A stretch of DNA of 64,000 bases. Source: Trichoplax adhaerens (taxonomy: Eukaryota > Animalia > Placozoa). Shown here piece after piece: positions 13,655 through 26,690 of this stretch. Every line of letters begins with the position of its first letter. The stretch's first letter is position 1. The notes below the pieces were generated by a model, which saw only the letters and a program-made list of their open reading frames with translations, searched no databases and had not been told where the DNA came from. The stretch spans positions 4,079,397 through 4,143,396 of the forward strand of contig NW_002060945.1 in assembly GCF_000150275.1 (NCBI RefSeq), given 5' to 3'. The position numbers and the translations under genes were made by a program.

Positions 13655-16600
13655 CTATTCCAATGGTGGTACATCAGGATCATCTACAAAATCATCATCA
13701 GGGGTATCCGTTATTTCCGATACCTTCGGTGAAGATTTTGCAACCTTTGTTTTTGCCCAAGTCTTGTCATTGACTATGTTGTATATGTCAGCATTCTTTA
13801 CTGAAGTATCACCAGCTTCTAATTTCTCGTGCCTGCATTTAACGTAAATCAAGAATACATTAATATATTACTGCAGTATTTGCAATGATATTACGAATAA
13901 ATTGCCATCGGATTATATACTTCACAGTATATACGGTACAGTATACAGTGCTCGTACACCTAAAATACCGATATAAAATGCTATAGATTTTGCTTCCGTA
14001 ACTTACCTTCTTGTTGAGACGGAGTTTGTAGGTGGTCGGTTTTCATTAGCTTGGGGTTTTACTTCACTCGCAGATGGCGATATTTTTGCCTTCGGTTTGT
14101 GCACTTTTATGATTTCCCTTACCTGTAAAAGGTAACGTTTACAAATTAAGTGATGGGTTCAATATACTCTGGTCTACATCTATGAATATATAGGATTGAT
14201 GAAGTAGATGATTTGTCAATCAAGATGTGTACTGTTATATTTCGTTTCATCAGCGATACCTTTGGCATTGTTATAACTAGATGACCGGTCGTTTGGGATC
14301 GTTTAGCTTCCGATCGATCTGGATTAACCTCTTCCGCTAATACCAGTTGAAGAATCTACGTGTATTAGTTAAAAATGGCTATTAGCTAATGTATTTATGA
14401 CTAGAAGTCATGTACTTTCCTCTAGCATACTGTACAATTACTTAAATAGCTGTATCATAAACGTGTCATAATACCTTAGATTTTATTGTCACCTTCACGT
14501 ATGTCGGCTGAACATCAACGTCTATCAACGATGTATCCAAATATCTAAGGTAGTTGTTAATATTTAATTAGCAACTCAACGCAGTAATATCTATGTAAGC
14601 AATTTCAGTAAAACTGTGTGTTAAGTTATTTTTGTATCTTTGGTCAGAGATATGTATGATCACAAAATAGATCGTACATTGCGCTTTCTTTTAGGGATCA
14701 CCTAATCAGAATTTTAATTCATATAAACAAATTGATAAACTAAAACTGCTACACTGGCTATTGTAATATAAGGATTTACGGCATTTGTAGTTCATTACTG
14801 TGGTGGATCTTGAGGTTGATCCATGACCCTTTTCATAAAATGTAGCTCGTGCTTTGCTACTAGTTCATTAATTTTATTGAAGCTTGAACTGTACATATAC
14901 ATTAGCAGAGTAATCGAATGGTCGTGTAAGGCTATGCCGAAGAAGTCTTAAGACTTCCTTATACAAAATTGTATCATAGTAGCGTTGTACTATACAGATA
15001 TTGAAGTTTACTAAGTTGCTAGACACGACACAGACAAGCATTTTGATAACATAACATGTTGATAATTTGTAATCTTTGATTACTATATCTTACAACTTAC
15101 CTATTATAATTATAATTATCAGACATAACATTATGCTATGTTTCGGACTTGGTGTCTTAGTGTAACAATACACATATTTTAATGACTATTCGCGACAATT
15201 ACTATTCTATCGGCAGTTATTTTCCGCCAATTTTTGCAGATGCTTGCGATGAATGTACCATGTTTGCCTCTTAATAGTCATGGTTTTTAACGACTTTTAT
15301 AAATTAAATGTAAAGTATCTTATGAAATACTGAAATTACTCATACTACCAGCTATTTTCAAAGGCAAAAAATAATAAACTAATTGCATAGACTTACTTGT
15401 AACAGGCGACGTCGAGGACTATATTGTTGCTTTCTTCATCATCAATTAGCTGGAAGTCAATCCTAAAATGATTCAAGCAGTAGCTCAATTATTTCATTTC
15501 TAATAATAACAAGCATGAGAACTGATATACAAATGTCTGCACCACTTGACGATCTCGCGGTCTATGTAATACACTGTAAATAATTATGTATAATAGGATA
15601 CAATATAACCGTTAATACTGACTTGGCCTCGTTCACATTTAGAATTCGTCCGTCTTCCGTCTTTAAGCGAACCTGTCTTTTGGGTTGCTGTGTATCACTG
15701 CCATAATCCAATCGGTACAAAGTCATTTACTACCTTAACCCGAAAATATTTTCGGATCTTCTTATTACTATTAATAATCTCTACCTGCTTTTATTGCTCT
15801 GGTCTTCTTGGCGCTCTTTCTGCAGTTGTTCGTGTGTAGCCTTGCGAGCTTCTGGAGTATATGGCATTTTGTCCTGCCAAAAGGATCTACAAGTGAAATA
15901 TTTGGAATGAAGTTATATCGCAACGATTGCTACTTCGTTAGTGATTTTCTCATCCGTATGACATATATCAATCAGTAATTACTTATTTGGCTTGTCATTT
16001 TCATTATTTGAGTCTACATCATTTTCATATTTTTCTTCGTTGGAGTCACTAACAGATACATGGGCACAGTAAGTTCAAAATCCATTTGTAACAATAAAAT
16101 ATTTTATTTTAAATCGGAAAAAATTAATTATTTTACTACAACTTGTCAATACCCTGCGTTTGTTTGCGCATTAATATCGGTATACCAGCGACCATCAAAG
16201 CCAGGTTTGTTCTCGTTTTTTCTTTCCTCTTGTGACTTTTCTGCTGCCTAATTAAATTACCTTTATTAACTTTGATGCATTGTTTTACTACAAAATATTA
16301 TAGCATACTGTCATCCTTTTTAAAGGCTAAATCATAGTTAAAAATTGCAGAATGAACTATATTTCAAATATCTAATACCCTTTTAGCTGCATATTCTTCT
16401 TGCTGCTTCTCTATACTCTTTTTTATGTTAGCATAATCCTATTAGAATGTTAGGAGTACTCTTATAAGTGTACATCTCGCGTCTCCAATTTCATATATTT
16501 ACGATTTGAAATCACATCGCTTATTTGAGAAGCTATAATGCTAGCTTATTGACAGTAATTTTACAGCTATTACTTGTTTAATACCTGTATCGCAATTATT

Positions 16601-18269
16601 CTCTCTGATCTTTCGACATCTTGACCATCAAGACGCTAAGAAAAATCAGTACTTCAATTAAGTATTTATTCTTGTATTAGTGTGCAATTACAATGTATAT
16701 TACCGGATGCTTTATATTTAAAAATATACAGCAAGATACCTTCAATCCTGGAAGTGTGGCTATAACATACTCTCTATAATGTTCATATTCTATACATGGG
16801 TTTCCCGTTAAGTATCTGTCAAAATAGCGATTTTATTTGTAATTTATTACGAAATCTCATTGCTAGAATTGATTAGTATTAATTTAAAGCTTTATAAATT
16901 GATATACAATTCTTTAAAGTTGTATAGTTTCTTTAAGCATTCAACACTTGTCAATTCACCAACAAAATTGACGGTTAAATCCAGTTTTTCTAGTGATTCA
17001 CACCCTAAATTAATTGAATATTAATTCATAATACATTAAGATTCTTTCTCCGAAGATTTCTTGAATTAGCTGTAGATCATACACTCTATAAACATTTATC
17101 TATTGCCAAGCATTTATTATCCATTTCTAAAAGTTTAGACTAATAATAAAGAGGTAAATGAAATTTATAAATTGCGATCTTACCTTCCAAATTTTCTATT
17201 CTTTCAACGTTATTTAACGCAAGATTAAGATACTTTAACTTTTTTAGACGACTCACATTTTCTAAATGATTTTATTTAAAAATTTTGCTGTTAAACTATA
17301 ATGTAAGTCATTATTACATAGCTTACTAGTTGACTTTATCATGGATTTGGTAATTGATCACTTACCAATTTTAGGAATAAGGTTGCTTTGTAAGTACAAT
17401 ATTGTTAGATCACGACACCATTTATCTAAATATTCAATTCTAACACAATAGTATCATAGAAAAATTAGCTTTGAAGTTAATTCCGTTTAATAAGTATCCC
17501 TTCAAGATTTTTTTTAGCTTCAGTAGAGTATAATCATTCTTCTTAGAATAATAATGTCACTTGTATCGCATCTATAGCCGGAATGGAACTAAATACTATA
17601 TCGTCCTTGAAGAAGAAGTAAGAGTTGATTACCATAATGTAATTTACAAATAACTAAGCACGTATAAGCCTAAATATAGACCAAATGACTAACCCATTAT
17701 AAACAGGCGATAAAGTAAAGTATACAGACCATTCTTGGCGTGTAATTTATGTCTCTGCATAAATTTTAAACTTTATACCGAAAGCGATATAGGTAATACC
17801 CTGTATTATCGCGTTTAGCATAAGAGCGAGCTAAATGCAATGGTCTTATTTACAAAGTTCATGTGCATCAGCTATATGTTACATACTTTTCAATATCTTG
17901 CTGATGTAATGATATTTCTTCCAACGTCGTAATTTCCATATTGTTATGCTCGGCACGACGCCTTATTAGTTGTTCTGTTACTGCATTTTATTTAAAAAAT
18001 TATATTCATATACTTGAAATTAGATGTAGGTAATACGAGCTTCTAATCATAACATCATCAGCATAGATACAACACACAATGTGCCTGTATGTGAGAAGTA
18101 CTGTAAAAATCAATTGAGAATGTAAAACAAAATACACCTTAGCCTACAGATACGTATAGACATAAATTGAAAAGTAGCATATATTAGCATCTGAAAGCAT
18201 CTTCTCTCACATTTTTGATAGCAAAATCAATGTACAGAACTACATTGGGAGATACTTACTGAACACCAT
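13655..18269 (-). CDS. LRRC6: LRRC6/DNAAF11 (tilB, Seahorse), axonemal dynein assembly factor, multi-exon
   Basis: Spliced: [34 protein letters not shown]...[21 protein letters not shown]...[12 protein letters not shown]...YLTGNP...[13 protein letters not shown]...[23 protein letters not shown]...DDPDVPPLE*. Confidence 0.96.
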
Positions 18270-18748
18270 AATTATGATCGCGTATTTTGATGTTTTGAAA
18301 GTCCAATAACTCTTGATAAATACTGAATGAACTTGTGGCAGATCACGGCAATAACTGTACGTTATTTCACTACTAACCACAATAAGCAATAAGCTAATAA
18401 ACTGTTATATTGAATTAATAGCGCTATATAGGCACAAATCTGGTAGGTTCACGGTTAAAAAGCAACGCTTCACTACTAGGGTATAGCTCTATACTGTTCT
18501 AATCTGACTAAGTCAAAGGCACCATACGAGCACAGCTTTAACATTTACTGTGGAAAATTGCATATACGAGTATGTATCGAGCTGATACTACGTAACAACA
18601 TTCACTATCAATACGTCACATAGACGTACGTTACTGTAGTCCATAATCCATATGCGGATAATGAACTACTACTAACAAAATAAAAATAATACTATGCTGT
18701 GAACACTACGTGATACTTGACATTCACACTATGCATTTCGTATTTCGT

Positions 18749-18768
18749 ATATATATATATATATATAT
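18749..18768. repeat. (TA)n microsatellite, ~10 units
   Basis: Directly visible atatatat run. Confidence 0.85.
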
Positions 18769-18812
18769 AAATATGATACAAGAAGCATAATTAATCCATA
18801 AAGTCTCGTCTA

Positions 18813-18826
18813 GTTGCCATAGAAAC
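18813..18826. promoter_or_regulatory. RFX X-box upstream of LRRC6
   Basis: GTTGCCATAGAAAC, a near-consensus imperfect palindrome ~545 bp 5' of the LRRC6 ATG. Confidence 0.75.
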
Positions 18827-20141
18827 GTTTACATTCTTAAGGCTCGATTGAACCTCAGTGCCCACAATATTGAAGCATGAACTACTTAAATTAAATAGTT
18901 TTATGAATGAGATGAATAATTTAATTAATTGGAAATGCTTCCTACAACTTCATATTATTACTTCTACATTACTAAATAAAATCGTAACTATAATGAAATT
19001 ATTACGATTTCGCATAATGTAGCGTACTGTTTGATTAGTATTATTACGTACGCGTACTATCGATAAAAGATATTTCATTTCTACGTGTAATACAAAGTAA
19101 TCTTAATATTATACACTATACAGTGGTACTATGAACGTACACGCCTATAATCTAACCTCCATGACTTTGCGCTATGTAGTCAAGCAGGCCCCTTGAAGAA
19201 TTTACTAAAGATACGAGAATGCTGTCAAAATACGCTCACACTTAAATATATCTTTTCTCCTGCAGTAATAATAAAATATTATTCACACATAATCTCATAA
19301 CATAAAAGTAATATGGAATTTGGGCATTGATATTTTTATTTTAATACAAAATTTACTTGCAATACAGATTTTAGTTCTCATGTACCTCTATTACTTCGTA
19401 ATTATGTATGAAAGGATTTATTTAGCGATGTAAACTTTTGTCCATATTTAATTACTCTGAATATATTGCTCTAGGTGAATGAGATAATATAAGGCCTAAG
19501 ACCAGCGAATTTAACAATTTAAATTAATGTCTTTATTTCACATTTAAAAAATTAGGGTTAAAATTTCTTTCATTTTTAAACTTTTAATACATTTGTATAG
19601 TGCATTTCTATCGCAGCCTAAAACTTGTCAGCCTAACAAACTTCTCATCCTCTTTTGTAACAATTTACTCATCACTTCTAACAATTCTAGTTCTTGAAGA
19701 AACTGAGATAAATCATAATGTAGCGAGTTTATTACTCTCATTTAATTACGCAAGCGATGTAATGTTAAACTAAGATTATTTATATATATATATATACAGT
19801 CTCCATTATATCGTAGTGATAGATGTATACAAGGTTTCATCTCGGACAAAGGTAACACACTGCATATTAGTTACATTATACCATTAGGAAAATCATTCAT
19901 AGCTCATCATACACAATCAGAACTGAATAAGGTACATCTGACATCCAAGTTAATGTTGCTTTAAGTAAAGAAAAATTTTATCCAACTAATAAATACAAAA
20001 TATTCTTGTTTTATCATGGAACATTACGCATTTTATATTACTATCAGAAAAGCCTAATGACATTACAATGGCATAATGAGTGATTTTTATGCCACAACTG
20101 TAATTACCAACTGTTTCATATAGGGATCTCTATCGACAGCC

Positions 20142-21448
20142 TTACTCCGTACTGTTAGCAATAGAAATTAACGTTCCAAATAGTTCTTTGATACCTTGAC
20201 CAGTCGCAGCAGAAGTTTCGAAATACTTCGCATGATGATTTTTAGCCCATTTCATACCCTCTTCTTTTTTAACAACTCGTTTTTGATTGCAATCGATCTG
20301 ATTTGAATAAAAACAAAATATGGAATTACATAGTTCAACAGTAAATGATAATTATTAAATTATTAATGACAACAGATAATACCTTATTTGCTACTACAGC
20401 TATTTTTGCCTTTGTTTCACAATATTTTTGAAATTCCCTAAGCCAAGAATCTAAATCTTCAAAAGTAGCTCGTGTGGTAACGTCATAAACAAGAAATACC
20501 GCCTACATGACAATTAAAGAGTTATTCGATTCAAATATACGATACCTAGAGACTGTATTAAGATGGTTACCTTTGTTTCTTCGTATAATTCGTTACGAAC
20601 ATCACAATATTCATTTTGTCCAGAAAAATCCCAGATATTAACATATGCTAGTTCAAAATATTAGAAAGTTTCATTATAGAGCAAGTTAGTTGTAGTGCGT
20701 CTACTTGAAAAGAATCCTCTCAAAATTTACATTATTTTAAAGCATACTTTCCGTGTCGTCTTCAGAATGAATTCTGAAACCTATTTAATTATTAATAAGG
20801 ATATAGTTATAGTAAAAATTATTCGATTTTATGAAACACGCACATTTTATTTGTAAAATTAGAAATTTTTGACTAGAACACCCAGAAAACTATCGCCCTA
20901 CCATAATCCACCCCAACAGTCGCCTGGTACGAGTCTGAGAACTGTAAAATTCAAATCAAGTCTTTATAAATCCCCTATGACGTTGGTGATAATCTCTATA
21001 ACCGCGTAGATGTTATCTAACAGCTGAAATACTATTTAGTAACGTGAGAAATTGGCTTACACCGGCGTCGCAGAAATTCTTGATAATACTGGTTTTACCA
21101 ACATGAGCGTTACCCAAGGTGATAATCTAGCGTAATGAAAGATAAATTACTTATTTACTACAGCATTTTCCTATAAAAAAATAACACGGAACTCTACTAT
21201 TAAAACTAGACAGTAACCTAACGAAGCTGAGTTTACGCTCTACGTATACCTGCATGAAATTGTGAAATATGATACTTTAACCTCGCAATCTAATCTCTGT
21301 AAATCGTTTCATTCACACTAATAACGCAATCGATGTTTCGTACCTTCATTAAATCTTTTACATTTACCCTAAATCTTACCTTACACCATTTAATAGAAGC
21401 GGCAACATCTTTCACTGGGTGTGTAAGGTGATCTTTTTCCCTATCCAT
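20142..21448 (-). CDS. RJL-family small GTPase (DNAJC27/RBJ-like G domain, no J domain), 7 exons
   Basis: Spliced: ...KIITLGNAHVGKTSIIKNFC...YQATVGVDYG...VNIWDFSGQNEYCDVRNELYEETKAVFLVYDV...VVANKIDCNQKRVV...YFETSAATGQG...IANSTE*. GNAxVGK, VRNExY and NKIDC resemble DNAJC27; there is no C-terminal prenylation Cys. Confidence 0.82.
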
Positions 21449-21937
21449 CACTCTCAAAAACTTTAAAGAATATTGCTTTTGAGAATTTCATATGTTTTAT
21501 CGGCTTCAATTACTAGGGTTTGAGCTATTGCTAAGTTTATCGCTTCATAGTATACTGTACCTTACTAATGTCATTTAATTTTTCATGTATACGTTGTTTA
21601 AACAATTATAGCATATTTTACCCTGTAATCCAAATTCCAGACACAATCAGCTCACAAATTTTATTTTATTTCAATCGACAGCTCTCTTTCACGATTAATC
21701 AGAGTTAAAGGAATAGTTGGTATACGTCTTTAATCTTTTCACAGGGCTTAACTATACGTAGTACAACAGAATACGACTATACTAATCCTGAGCACTTATT
21801 CTACTAAGTAATGCCCAGTAATTAGGCATATAACAACTTCGATGGTTTATACTTATGATTTGATTTACAATTAATCGGATATTATACCGTAATCAAATCG
21901 CTATTCTATAGTATCTCGCTAGTAGTTAGTTGTATAG

Positions 21938-22017
21938 GTTTCCAAGGAGCCTTAGTGTCAATAAATACACTACGTATAGGTAGTGAATCAATGGCGTGTT
22001 TGTTATTTACTGTTTAC
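21938..22017. promoter_or_regulatory. Candidate RFX/forkhead module upstream of the RJL gene
   Basis: Degenerate X-box GTTTCCAAGGAGCC (21938-21951) and three abutting TRTTTRY heptamers TGTTTGT-TATTTAC-TGTTTAC (21997-22017). Confidence 0.4.
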
Positions 22018-22878
22018 AGTGCTATTCAAGTTGTTTGATATACCAGAGGTCTTTTACCGGTATGTTTCATACTGAGAAGAGGTAACATGCACGTTCATTG
22101 CTATAAATCGTGGTGTAAAGTAGTGTATCAAACTTGAACGGCTCCTTCCATTTTATGCGGTAGGTTTATAGAATCGCAGCATATAGTGTAGTGTATATTT
22201 ACACCATGAGTTACGCTATTAATAATACCCGCTAACTGATCCAGATCACTATCCACTAGTAGGGTTTTTACTGTAAGTTCAAGCTCTCCAACAGGATTGC
22301 TTTTAGCTAGGCACTACTAAAGACATGCAATAGGTCTACCTAATTTCAGCTTTCACATTTTTGTGCTGAGAAATTACTCAAATTAGCGTCGCCGTCCCTT
22401 TTTAAATTCCTGCTTTCAGCACTCAAGTTCCAGATCTGATGGATGAACCAGATTTTCAATTTCTGTTGAAGCATGTTTTCTTCATAAGTATCAAAATATC
22501 AATAGTTTTCCTGGTAATACCAGGCTGGTAGAGACAATAATTTTAATGCTACATCAATATCTTTCATGAATTCATTGACATCCATGATTCTCTCAGCAGA
22601 GCTCTTGAAAATCGTCGAGTTGAGTAAATTATATATAATTATTTACAAAAAATAAGTCAATAGCTTCCACTGTGCTGTATCGCATTATCCATTACAAAAA
22701 TATGGTCGTTACATCAAAAGCAGATTGTAACGATATTACTAAATACAAGTGTGTATATTAACATAGACATAGTAGTCATCAATAAATAATGTGATAACTT
22801 ACTGATAATACGAAATTAAAATACAAAATTGCATAAAAGAATGAAAACAGCATCAAGAAATTATAATCCATAGACAGG

Positions 22879-25800
22879 TTAACAATTTAATTGTAGTAAT
22901 TTCTTGATATAAGCATAAAATGATTGAAAAGATTGCACAGACTCCCATTCCATGAGATCGAATTGAGCAATAATTTCCATAGTGTCTTTCTGACGTGATT
23001 CTACCATTACAGTGAAACTAAATAATGATGCTTCTTTTTCGTTGAGACATTTTATACCATCACTTTTATCGACTTCATCCTCCTTCGCATGAATATCAAA
23101 ATTCTTTTCATCATCTACAGTCTCTTCGTGAGGCTGTTCCTTAAAGTAAGCTTCAGAAGTTGTCAATCTTTCTTGCAAACGACGTTTTTGGCGTCGACCT
23201 GTCCACGTATTCCTGTTTGCTTTGCAATGAGCGAACAAACGTGGAAATTTCCTTTCTACAATGACCTTCTCCTCATACTCTACTTTTGCTTTCTTTGCAG
23301 GAGGATGTACTAAAATATCTTCATCTCTACAATCTGGCTGGCTAACACAACTATCTATGCAAGTCAAATTCTTACTATCGAATAACTTTTCAATTTCCGT
23401 GACAATTACACTGATCGTTGTACCATTTGCACTATCAGTCAGTAAAGAATGTCGTAAATACTTAATGATTTCTCTGTTATAAATACAATCAACGTCTAGT
23501 TCCACTTTTAGCCGCTTCAGCAGGTAAAAATAGTTGATTACAGTTAGTAAATACTGCTTAGAAGCTTTGTCTTCACATTCAAGCAGTCTCGAAGTATCAG
23601 ATAAAGCGTCACTAAGATAATTAAAATTATCCACTACAGATAAAACAAATGAATTTTTTGCTAATAAATCTTTGTATTTGGCAGGACTGAAAAGTTCTTT
23701 TAAAGTGATGTTTGCTCTCGAAAAAGAGTCTTTAGCAGCCGATTGAGCTGTAAGGATTTTAATGCAATTGTTCATAGCAACCCGAGCTTCACGTTGAAAC
23801 CTGTGTAGCCCATCTTTATTAACATTCTGTGTTGTATTATGATTTAATAAAAGAGGGTCCTGAACACAAATCGGAGTTGTCTTAAAATTTTTCATAGCTT
23901 TGACCAATACATCATTGCCAGCAATGTCTCTAACAATCTCATCAAATGTCACCGGCAGTCCATTCTTCACACTAATTACACATTGGTCATAATCAAAAAG
24001 TGTTGCATAAAAGCAAAAGAACTTATGAAGGAGAGACGCTGCAAAAAAGTTTTTAAAGTTTACAATAAGCATTCAATGATATAAAAAGTAACAAGTTTTG
24101 CGGTAATCAAGTCACAAACATAGAAAATATATATGTCATACTTACGCGTTGCTTCTATTGATACAGTCTTAAATACAGTAGTAGCATTTTTACAGCTTAA
24201 AAACGAACAGTCCCAAATACCTATTACATTATTGGATTTCACCTAAGTATAACAATGAATCAAATATTAAATCTCGCGGTATATACCTACCTGTCATGAC
24301 TGAAATTAACCATACATATGAAAATGTTAAAATTAAACGCTGCAAAATCATTTAAGGAAAAAATATATAACGTACATTTTGTTCTCTAAATAACGTTTGT
24401 AATGAGGGCAACACCGATGGCTTGGTACATTGAAGGAAATATATTATCATCAGTATTAAGCTATAACTTGTGAACTGGCCACCAGAGTTTAACGTAATGC
24501 CTCTGCAGTAAGCCCAAGTTCGTATCGTGAAAACAAGAGGCTTGACACGAGGATCTAGTTTACTGTACTCCTGCAGCAGTTGACTGTTAGCAATCCCAAG
24601 CCTGATAAGTAAACCAACAAAACATAAAGTTATGCAACACAGTACTTGCTGTCGCTGATTACTTTCTTAATTTTTTCGTACCTATTATTAATAGTCAAAT
24701 CACAACAAAGGCTACATTCATTATATTTAAATTTGATAACTGGCTCTCTAGCATTCGATAGAGCAATCACATCCAAACATCCAGGAATACATTCCTTGAT
24801 GAATTTTGCCACAACAGAAAACGTACTCCATGGCCGACGAATGGTCACTTTTTCATCTTCAATATTTATATCTGTACTCGTTTCGCAAAATCCTTTATCT
24901 GTGATTGCATTCTCGTCCATAATCATTGCTATATCTAAATCACCGCTAGCTTGACCAAATCCATTGACTGCGGAACCAAAAGGGACGATTTTAACGCTTT
25001 CATCAAGCTCAACAAAACACTGCTGCAGTAAATCGCAGACTAATCTACGCAAGCGATTATCGTTATCTGTCAATTCACGCTGCTGCATTACAGAAATAAG
25101 TTGTTGTTCTAACTATATTCGGATGAAAGTTGATTCAGTTAAAAGTGAAATTTCGTATGTACAAATCAAAATATAAATTTAGATTACTATTTAATGGTGA
25201 AACGCATAAATTCTTAAGATCAAACAACGGCACTCACCGTATCAGAATCATCAATTTGCAACCTTTCAAGCAACTCATTACTCAATTGTTGCAAGGATTT
25301 TTTAACCTTTTTTTGTTCTTTACTTTTCTTCTGTACATTGCCTTTTATAATATCAGCAGTTCTTTCTTTAATAACAAGCTTACGGCCATGAAATTCGGGT
25401 AAAGACTGACTTATCCTAAGCACCTCTTTAGCACTTTCTTCTTTTAGAAATTCGATAATAGCAAAGACGGGCTGCAATATACAAAGTACCATAGCTAAAT
25501 CTAAGAAATCACTTACCAAACTCTTAAATACAATCGATATTATTCTAATATCTTTCAACAAGACTACCTTCTCTTTATCTGAATGAACTGCCACGATCTC
25601 GCCATATTTACCAAAGAAAGATCTGAATTCATCAGCCAAGTCTGTACACTGATTAAAATTGCGCACGAAAATACTTCGTTTCGCCACTTCCTGACGTCGT
25701 CGTATCTCCTGTGCAAGACGTCGATGTTTTCTACCTTGATAATGTGCAGCTTTTGAGCTTTCTTATATATTAAAATAATGAAATTGCAATGGGCAGATTA

Positions 25801-26255
25801 ATTCGAGACATCATTTCAACATCACTCCCATAAGTAAAAATAAGATGTAATATTATTATTATCTATTTATTCATTCATTTCATTGCGTACTAGAAGCAAG
25901 CTAATAATACAGTACAACCTAACGATCAATTACTAAATCATCCCATTTATCCAATCCCTTACAGTTCTTAAGTGCGCAGCAGTATCTACAATTTGAAGTT
26001 GTCAAATTGTAATTCTAATTTAGAGGTTGCACGACATTACAGCCAGTCTAGCTCAGATTTAGCTTCAAAGCAGTCTTACCTAAACGTGCAAGATTTCATC
26101 TACGTATTTTACGCTGCTGTATTGTAGCAACTCAGACGCTGAATAGTTTTTATTTTTTGAGCACTTTATAGCCAATATTGAGAGTGAAATTTACAACTTT
26201 TATATAACGTACCTGATTCTAATTTCACACCGCAAATCTCACAGACCGACGCCAT
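22879..26255 (-). CDS. TUT1: TUT1 / Star-PAP, U6 snRNA terminal uridylyltransferase (Zn finger, RRM, NTase, PAP-associated, KA1-like C-terminus), ~7 exons
   Basis: MASVCEICG...AAHYQGRKHRR (zinc finger); RSIFVRNF...FAIIEF (RRM); PFGSAVNGFGQASGDLDI (catalytic motif); CDLTINNR; QDPLLLNHN; NTWTGRRQKRR. Confidence 0.92.
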
Positions 26256-26489
26256 GCTAAATGCCTCGTTTTGAGATCTAGAACCAAATCAAAGGAAGAG
26301 TGGAGCGAAGTACTTACTTACTAAGGTAATTAGCTGCTCGGCAAGATGGGCTGCCTAAGTGCATCGATCGTACTAGCACTGCCCTGTATTATCCACCAAT
26401 GTCGATCCATATAGTATAGTAGTCTGACAGTACTTTCTATTCTTGGTACTTGTTTCGTTATTAGATAAAAATGAATTAATTATTTTTCA

Positions 26490-26635
26490 TACTGTAGCAA
26501 TACTCAGTACACGTGACACCGTAGCTGAAATCAATCCGACTACCGTCCAGTATCGAATGTACTGTACATATTGTACTGTACAGCGCAGTACAATATACTG
26601 TACATTCAAGTGCACAATATACAGTATAGAAAGCT
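26490..26635. promoter_or_regulatory. Bidirectional promoter region (TUT1/SRP19) with a TACAGTA/TACTGTAC island
   Basis: About 435 bp between divergent ATGs (26255 and 26691); repeated GTACTGTAC and TACAGTA words. Confidence 0.6.
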
Positions 26636-26690
26636 GGACAAGTGGACAGGCACCATTTATATCCAATTCCTCATACTAGGAAAAGCAAAT

